A DNA stretch of 32,000 nt from Alkanindiges illinoisensis DSM 15370 (GTDB lineage Bacteria; Pseudomonadota; Gammaproteobacteria; Pseudomonadales; Moraxellaceae): the NCBI RefSeq assembly GCF_000619845.1, contig NZ_KK211037.1:30001-62000 (forward strand), in the 5' to 3' direction. How positions within the stretch are numbered: the first letter of the stretch is position 1; every line of letters begins with the position of its first letter. Under the pieces are notes generated by a model. That model was not told the origin of the DNA, did no database searches, and saw only the letters and a list, made by a program, of their open reading frames with translations. Positions 8,701-12,986 of the stretch are shown here, one piece after another. The position numbers and the translations under genes were made by a program.

Positions 8701-9325
8701 GCAACCCGCCAACAGTACCGACCAGAACTGGCAAGCCGTGGTGTACCGCGACAGCAACTGTAATGGCAAGGTAGATAGTGGAGAAAGCCTGTTTAGCCAA
8801 AGCCTGCCCCTAAGCCTGAAAAATGCGGAAGAAGCTTGTCTGGTACAGCGGGTTTATGCGCCGGCAACCGCCAGCATGGGCGCGCAGCATCTGGGTCAAT
8901 TGCAGGCCAGCTTTAGCGTGACGCTTGCTGACAATAGCCAGATTACAGGCAGCACCCTGCAACGTCAGGACACCACGTTACTGGGCAGTGCAGGTTTAAC
9001 CATGCAAAAAGGCGTGCGCAGTGTGGCCAGCTGTCCATCCACAGCCGCAGATACTGGCAGCTTTGGCGTGCAGAATCAGGTGCAAAATGGGGGGTATCTG
9101 GAATATGAAATTACCTACCGCAATAACACCACCAAAAACCTGATTGATGTCAGCATTAAGGATAGTGTGCCTACTGGAACAGTTTACAAGACTGCCTCCT
9201 GTACGAGCACGCCGTCTGGTAGCTGTAATGCCAGTCATACAAATGGCGCATTGCTGTGGCAGACTGGCGGCACCCTGTTGCCAAACCAGCAAGGGAAAGT
9301 CCGGTTTTGTGTTCAGGTACCTTAA
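2735..9325 (+). CDS. Giant (~2196 aa) secreted adhesin-like protein and candidate fibre tip. Domains in order: T/S/N/G-rich N-terminal region, several DUF11 repeats, five tandem ~100-aa Ig-like repeats, PA14-like segment, SdrD-B/CnaB-like domain, C-terminal truncated DUF11-like domain.
   Basis: Single ORF ending at the stop at 9323-9325. The ORF-track start at 2555 overlaps the upstream gene by 146 nt. In-frame ATGs lie at 2687, 2705 and 2735. I prefer 2735 because GAAGGG lies ~10 nt upstream and it falls after the upstream stop at 2698-2700; 2705 is an alternative. A signal-like segment HRLLSVWLKTAMLVLLGASSGLYA/AP follows a long n-region. Canonical DUF11 signatures are present: DLYVSKT..YTVRVTNAGP..NVTNTATVE; NLAITKTG..YTIKVWNKGPAAV..DNVP..FTNTATIS; DLAIDKTG..YSIKVWNKGPGAA..DTVP..ITNTATIA. 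SdrD-B-like segment: ISGQVFEDNSGS...TDANGEYSFSL. Confidence 0.85.
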   Translation: MPAQPVTASQTGQTTKAPATSHRLLSVWLKTAMLVLLGASSGLYAAPPTMELFTAGGSTTATGPSTSAQTNTYAFNPDNPSGTTASSTYYPKTAVTYTIENQQYTGTLANTGLVFGGDGDNIYIPLSGQGSPAATDFTSSRLNATPGTGIDINNNYGTRFLLRAGRLDNNSTHNTSTVNGGLGHYFGDIVVAWNRPVFNPIINISGLGGTSSNLGFAAQFQLSSPPTGTTISRLSGRNMGVSGFNITNTAADIGATASAGGSSGSIQVLNDNPITTLRFRVYVRSDSTTNSTDWGSTTAADAFVFSASSVDSTVGDLYVSKTNNTTSVVQGGSTTYTVRVTNAGPSTIATPILKDSSSTGLTATAVGCSSASGNKCTTTPTLASLNSGITIASLASGEFYEILVTSNVTASSGNVTNTATVELPNFASSTGESCVTSNGITRSYNQTTGTCTTTDTDSVTPATNLAITKTGTTSVKAGQPVSYTIKVWNKGPAAVTDAVMTDNVPANISGPILTCVASGTATCGTFNTHVAGSNARSATGISLPVDSTGNTSYVTYTVTGLAYQTGTFTNTATISSASVPETDSSDNSASKSTTITVDAPVTSGTASNQCSAAQAVNILTPTAFTVFDGDGTGASFTGTLAATVNNTGTVYGTGTNGAIVLSGKLSWSYGSPIVTGSTLSIRVNGVDYAVLTTPGASSNGSASSNAGTATLTALNGASVTPATLTIDNTYTSYTGRATFTLTLPTGVTSITSAQAVYQNNNPRTPTGSTGDDFGVSLDSALQCQKPIVKIAKISNGGVGTFGFTGLSNLSNASGTAVTTDSVSTTTAGTAVTSAQVNYATANSTAVGITESAVSGYNLTAASCTDANSAVTSNTGSFGSLSGNTLTIPAANVKYGANLTCTFNNTKQRNLTLRKIWVNARINDAATITATGLNSFVSTANTASETDTASAQAVTVGSTVTLGENISTGAGYYNAVLSCTRDSDNAAVSITGNNLIMPDADVTCGYTNSRKSASLTLQKIWANAKLNDAATITATGLTSLSAVANTASETDVAAGQTVYAGDSITLGETFTTGSISNYTSSLACTGNATALTGSTLTVNPADTAITCSYTNSRIAQQLSLSKQWQNAVNGHTATATTTGGTNNATFSSTSTGNNSTNGSAVTMYAGDVVTLPTETLGGGASAAQYNSTLACSGGTTLASGAVARSITISNSTTATVCTYTNARKSATLTLSKIWSAGSIAGNTATVTSSGFGNNATSGTSTATTAGNTTTGTSVTVYAGESGTISETFGTGNASNYSATLACSGNSTALSGNTLSINPADTAISCSYTNTVAGTDLAIDKTGTSSVTQGNNVSYSIKVWNKGPGAASSSTFTDTVPSALTNVSWSCSASGSAVCGTASGSGNSISVATGTLPVNASSTAPTSGSYLTFTVNGTASSSGNITNTATIAVTSGADPVSSNNSSSASTTISTPAAIIADTPQKEARFVITPDLPTIYRGQSGTQLISITNQGPDDASGTVAVFKPRTQTGVTVTSVKIVNGANCSLSSGEWSCPVGSIANGGSFQLQVGYDTTASSTLGTAIQADIRVGSNEFNPGSGVGESLYNVWGSTNPNGNSQFNEIRPNGAFALSYGTANGSENVNLSTVWLPTQVNPTGAYLTQAAIGGNNSVFGPSGTYNPMISRIITSLNTDTAKSQTLLALDPATQAGDNRRVWQLITGIYVPANSTASLCIGNAGSQLDDGAYIMLNGSQVGTDGKWSSSPFIQTSVPLNTGYNRITYRIANRNTPGSNEDYAQGLYGEIGLSINGGACTAASLDATARLQIPASINIVEKQVVNISGQVFEDNSGSTAVNSNAYNGVKNIGEAGITGSSVSITNCNSTTVATTKTDANGEYSFSLSPTDLPAGSFCIAQTNLTGYSSVSGTTGYSRATDRITVSNTGASSYSNHNFGDARLTALLSEDGQQTITAGGVADYPHRLTAQSVLTINSLNQTPSQQPANSTDQNWQAVVYRDSNCNGKVDSGESLFSQSLPLSLKNAEEACLVQRVYAPATASMGAQHLGQLQASFSVTLADNSQITGSTLQRQDTTLLGSAGLTMQKGVRSVASCPSTAADTGSFGVQNQVQNGGYLEYEITYRNNTTKNLIDVSIKDSVPTGTVYKTASCTSTPSGSCNASHTNGALLWQTGGTLLPNQQGKVRFCVQVP
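5090..6720 (+). repeat. Five tandem coding repeats (about 101-122 aa each) inside the giant adhesin gene. The repeat is visible at protein level; the DNA copies are diverged.
   Basis: In-frame repeat starts at nt 5090 (PIVKIAKIS), 5456 (RNLTLRKIW), 5759 (RKSASLTLQKIW), 6068 (RIAQQLSLSKQW) and 6398 (RKSATLTLSKIW). The repeats share the pattern L(T/S)L.K.W ... GD..TL.E ... Y...L.C ... C.YTN, and the first copy is more divergent (CTFNNTK). Confidence 0.85.
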
Positions 9326-9407
9326 TAGAGCCTATATGCGAACCAACATAATTATAGCTCTATATCTTTAGTCTTAGAGGACTTGAAAATTTATTAAAAG
9401 AACTGAC

Positions 9408-9434
9408 GAATTTGCCCCAAATTGGGGCAAATTC
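9408..9434 (+). terminator. Perfect 11-bp stem / 5-nt loop hairpin downstream of the giant adhesin gene. Candidate terminator or RNA-stability element; it has no U-tract.
   Basis: GAATTTGCCCC-AAATT-GGGGCAAATTC lies 83 nt after the stop at 9325. It is followed by AACCGATG rather than a T-run, so intrinsic-terminator status is uncertain. Confidence 0.35.
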
Positions 9435-9544
9435 AACCGATGAGTAATCAAAATAAGCCGCTTATCTGTATATTATTTGTGTAGTTAAGTAACAGTAGAA
9501 ATTTTTTTGTTAAAAAGATATATTAGTTCGTAATATTGTGACGG

Positions 9545-9563
9545 ATGCAACATTTTGTTGCAT
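9545..9563. promoter_or_regulatory. 19-bp palindrome ATGCAACA-TTT-TGTTGCAT in the AT-rich intergenic region. Candidate operator for the downstream four-gene unit.
   Basis: Perfect 8-bp arms separated by 3 nt, ~90 nt upstream of the ATG at 9651. The 325-nt non-coding stretch at 9326-9650 is AT-rich, and a promoter is expected there. Confidence 0.3.
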
Positions 9564-9650
9564 ATTAAAGACTTTTTTATCAATAAAGCGCTAGGTTCCT
9601 AAGGTAGCAGGTGTTTTTTGTTATCGTAATGCTTAGCCTTGGGAGTAGTT

Positions 9651-10145
9651 ATGCGTGCATTGAGTTACATTGCAACAACAATAGCAGCAATTGCATTCAT
9701 GTCTGGCACAGCACAGGCTGAGGCGCCAGCGGGCAAGCCACCAGTGTCAGTTGAGCTGTCTGCCTACCAGATTACGCTGAATCAAAAAGGCGAATCATCA
9801 GCCAAGCTCGTCAAGCAGGCCAAGCCAAACGACATCATTGAATATCGTGCTACCTATACCAACAATACCGCAAAAAATGTGAAAGGACTGGTAGCCACCC
9901 TGCCTATCCCTGCGGACACCCAGTTTTTAGCAAAATCAACACCAGCACAGGCTCAAGCCAGCACTGACGGGGTGAATTTTGCTGCGATGCCATTAAAACG
10001 TAAAACAGGCTCGCAAACCGTAAATGTACCTTTGCAAGAGTATCGTGCATTACGCTGGACCATTGCTGAACTTCCTGCTGGAAAATCCATCACTGTGACA
10101 GCTCAAACCCGTGTCAACAGCACTATTGGTGCCGTTGGTCAGTAA
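9651..10145 (+). CDS. Small secreted single-domain DUF11-like protein (164 aa, ~141 aa mature). It consists only of the truncated acceptor-type domain.
   Basis: ATG at 9651 preceded by GGGAG with 5-nt spacing; the ORF-track start at 9639 is a TTG inside that RBS. Signal peptide MRALSYIATTIAAIAFMSGTAQA/EAP. The core IIEYRATYTNNTAKNVKGLVATLPIPADTQF ... LPAGKSITVTAQTRVNS aligns with the C-terminal domains of the three larger secreted proteins. Confidence 0.8.
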   Translation: MRALSYIATTIAAIAFMSGTAQAEAPAGKPPVSVELSAYQITLNQKGESSAKLVKQAKPNDIIEYRATYTNNTAKNVKGLVATLPIPADTQFLAKSTPAQAQASTDGVNFAAMPLKRKTGSQTVNVPLQEYRALRWTIAELPAGKSITVTAQTRVNSTIGAVGQ

Positions 10146-10179
10146 TTTACCCGTCTAACAAACAACTAGGGGCAACAAG

Positions 10180-12882
10180 ATGTCAAAGCACATCGCATTA
10201 CCGCGCTTAAATCAACTGGCTGCGTCCATTGCAGTGGTTGTCGGGGGTCTGGCGCTTGTACCTGCAGCACATGCTGCAGCACCAGCAGCAGGAACCAACA
10301 TCAGTAATATTGCAACTGCAAGCTATACCGATGCAACCAATACACCACGTACTGTGACTTCCAATGAAGTAAAAACCACTGTACTGCAGGTTGCCAGCTT
10401 CACTTTAACGGCTGATCAAACCACTACAGCAAATCCAAATGGACAGGTGAGCCTGGCACATACCCTGACCAATACGGGTAATGGTGCTGATACATTCAAG
10501 GTTGATCTGGCCAACGTTGGTGGGGATGACTACAACTTCAGCAATATTCATGTATATCTGGATGCCGACAAGAATGGCGTACCGGATAATAGCACTGACA
10601 TTAATGGCACGACGATTAGCGTCGGCGCAGGCCAGTCTGTTGGGTTGATTGTGGTTGGTACGACATTAAATACTGCAACCAATGGTCAGGCTGGTAAATT
10701 ACTGGTTTCTGCCACCAACGTATTTACTGCAACCGCAGCAGGTGGCAGCAATACCGCAACTACCGCCAATAATACGGATACCGTTAATATTGTTGCCGGT
10801 GCAGTCATTCAGGTGACTAAATCTGCCAACGTGACCAGCGTAAACCCAACTGGAACTAATCTCCAGCGTACCGTTGAATATACCCTGACCTATAAAAACA
10901 CCGGTAATGCGACAGCAACCAACGTTACTTTAAAAGACGTTCTGCCAGCCAACGTGGCTTATGTTGTCGGTTCTGGTGTATGGAGTGGTTCTGCCACCCC
11001 CCGTACCGATGCTACAGCTGATGAAGCAGGCGCCGCATACGATTTCACCAGCAATACTGTGAATTTTGTTTTAGGTAGTGTTGCACCAAACACCACTGGT
11101 ACTTTGAAATTTAAAGTTGTGGTTAATGCCAATACACCAGCAGGTTCGATTGCCAACACCGCAACCTTTGACCCGGATGGCCCAGGTACTGGTACTCCAG
11201 AACAGCCAACCAACACCACCATTGTAACCGTCAACTCCCTGTACGTCGGTACAATCAACGACTCGCAAACTGATGCCTATGCCGATGCTGATAAAGTAGC
11301 GGGTACTGCTGCAAAAGATGACGTGATCAGTGCAACCACGCAACAGGGCGTAGCCGTTAACTTCGGTAACAACGGTGGCGAGAAGATCTGGATTCACAAC
11401 ACGGGCAACGTATCAGAAACCTACAACATTGCCGTGAATAAAGCTGGCTTACCAGCCGGTAGTATTGTTGAGCTGTTAAAAGCAGACGGTGTAACACCAC
11501 TGACTGATACCAACAGTGATCCAGTTGTGGATTCTGGCCCGGTTGCTGCCGGTTCTGCCCAGCAGATCGTGGCACGTGTAACGCTGCCAAGCACCTACAC
11601 TGGCCCTGCACCAGTTAGCGCAATCCTGACCATTACGCCTGTATCCAATAACACTGCAACTGATACCGTGACGCTGACCATTAGCAGTATTACTGCATCC
11701 AAAGTGGATCTGAGCAATGGCAAAGGTGACAAGGACGGCGTTAAGAACGATACACCAAATGCAGGTGAAGGCGCCTATGTTGCTGGTGACATCATTGACA
11801 CCAAGACAACCAACCCGGCAACACCAGTAACGTTCCCGCTGGCTGTAACCAATTTTGGCAGTACTTCTGACAACTTTAACATCAGCTCAGACCTGCCAAC
11901 TGGCTGGACTGTGAAGTACTATACTTCTGATGCTACTGGCAACTGCTCTACCAACCAGGTCACCAACACAGGCAACATTGCTGTAAATGGTACTGCTTAT
12001 CTGTGTGCGGTAGTGACTTCACCAGCCAATGCAACCCCAGCTGATAGCCGTGACATCGTATTTGCAGTGACTTCTTCAGGTACTGGTTTAACTGATTCGA
12101 TCAAAGACCGTATTACCATTAACGAAGTACGCAACCTGTCATTCACCCCAGATCGTACTGGTCAAATCGCCCCAGGTGGCACAGTTACTTACATCCATAC
12201 CCTGATCAACAACGGTAACGTGACTGAAGGTGCTGGTGCCAACACCCTGCCATTTGCAATTACACATGCTGGCAATCTGGGCGCAACCACTTCTATATAT
12301 GTTGACCTGAACAATAACGGTCTGGCTGAAAATACAGAACTGGTTACGGGTACTGACTTAACTGCATTGCTGGCCACTGGTACAGCAAATGGTGCCGGTC
12401 TGCAACCCGGTGAATCTGTTACCATTCTGGTAAAAGTAGAAGCACCGAGCAACGCAACTGCAGGTCAGGCTGATACTTCAACTGTGACCATTACACCAAC
12501 TGCTGGTGCTGTGGTTCATATTGATGATACCAGTACTGTCAACATTGGTCAGGTACGTTTGACCAAGCAACAGGCAGCCGATGCCAACTGTGATGGAACC
12601 CCAGAAGGTTCTTATACTCAAAACGCCATTCAGGCCAAGCCAGGTACTTGTATCAGCTATCAGATTACTGCAGCAAACGACGGTAATGCCGGTGTTAGCA
12701 ATGTAGTGATCAGCGACGCGGTACCTGTATATACCACGCTGCAACCAGCACCAGCACCTGCCCTGACACCAGCGGCCAAAGGTAGTGTGACGGTTAATGG
12801 TAGTGCACTGGCCAGCAGCGCGTTTACTCTGGCGCCAACTGAGTCTGTAAACCTTAACTTTACTGTGAAAATCAATAACTAA
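10180..12882 (+). CDS. Secreted multi-domain Ig-like (DUF11/CARDB-type) fibre subunit, paralog B. It has an N-terminal orphan strand and a C-terminal truncated DUF11-like domain, and is a candidate major shaft subunit.
   Basis: 900-codon ORF with AGGGG 7 nt upstream of the ATG. Signal peptide MSKHIALPRLNQLAASIAVVVGGLALVPAAHA/AAP. Recurrent motifs LAHTLTNTGNGADTFKV, IHNTGNVSETYNI and YIHTLINNGNV. DUF11 core YTLTYKNTGNATATNVTLKDVLPANV...IANTATF. DxNxDG-like loops YLDADKNGVPD and DLNNNGLAE. Confidence 0.9.
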   Translation: MSKHIALPRLNQLAASIAVVVGGLALVPAAHAAAPAAGTNISNIATASYTDATNTPRTVTSNEVKTTVLQVASFTLTADQTTTANPNGQVSLAHTLTNTGNGADTFKVDLANVGGDDYNFSNIHVYLDADKNGVPDNSTDINGTTISVGAGQSVGLIVVGTTLNTATNGQAGKLLVSATNVFTATAAGGSNTATTANNTDTVNIVAGAVIQVTKSANVTSVNPTGTNLQRTVEYTLTYKNTGNATATNVTLKDVLPANVAYVVGSGVWSGSATPRTDATADEAGAAYDFTSNTVNFVLGSVAPNTTGTLKFKVVVNANTPAGSIANTATFDPDGPGTGTPEQPTNTTIVTVNSLYVGTINDSQTDAYADADKVAGTAAKDDVISATTQQGVAVNFGNNGGEKIWIHNTGNVSETYNIAVNKAGLPAGSIVELLKADGVTPLTDTNSDPVVDSGPVAAGSAQQIVARVTLPSTYTGPAPVSAILTITPVSNNTATDTVTLTISSITASKVDLSNGKGDKDGVKNDTPNAGEGAYVAGDIIDTKTTNPATPVTFPLAVTNFGSTSDNFNISSDLPTGWTVKYYTSDATGNCSTNQVTNTGNIAVNGTAYLCAVVTSPANATPADSRDIVFAVTSSGTGLTDSIKDRITINEVRNLSFTPDRTGQIAPGGTVTYIHTLINNGNVTEGAGANTLPFAITHAGNLGATTSIYVDLNNNGLAENTELVTGTDLTALLATGTANGAGLQPGESVTILVKVEAPSNATAGQADTSTVTITPTAGAVVHIDDTSTVNIGQVRLTKQQAADANCDGTPEGSYTQNAIQAKPGTCISYQITAANDGNAGVSNVVISDAVPVYTTLQPAPAPALTPAAKGSVTVNGSALASSAFTLAPTESVNLNFTVKINN

Positions 12883-12926
12883 TTTCTGGTTATTGACCTC
12901 ATAGTCTTTAAGTTTGTTGTTTTTAA

Positions 12927-12953
12927 TGGAAGCCGGTCTAGTACCGGCTTCCA
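12927..12953 (+). terminator. Intercistronic stem-loop (perfect 11-bp stem, 5-nt loop) between the 900-aa subunit gene and the barrel-fusion gene. Candidate attenuator or mRNA 3'-end stabiliser.
   Basis: TGGAAGCCGGT-CTAGT-ACCGGCTTCCA lies 45 nt after the stop at 12882. The downstream sequence TCCGAATTAAAACTTTATTC has only a weak T-run. Confidence 0.4.
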
Positions 12954-12986
12954 TCCGAATTAAAACTTTATTCAAGGTATATTGCT

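Noticed and set aside
239-9292. Numerous 60-120-aa ORFs on both strands inside P1 and P2 (e.g. 1380-1700, 2422-2736, 6055-6369, 6419-6775, 8088-8462, 8996-9292).
   Set aside because: All are nested in or antisense to the long ORFs. The biased composition of the adhesin genes suppresses stop codons in other frames.
9639-9650. TTG start for the 168-aa version of the small secreted protein.
   Set aside because: The TTG lies inside the GGGAG Shine-Dalgarno that is correctly spaced for the ATG at 9651, so I preferred the ATG start.
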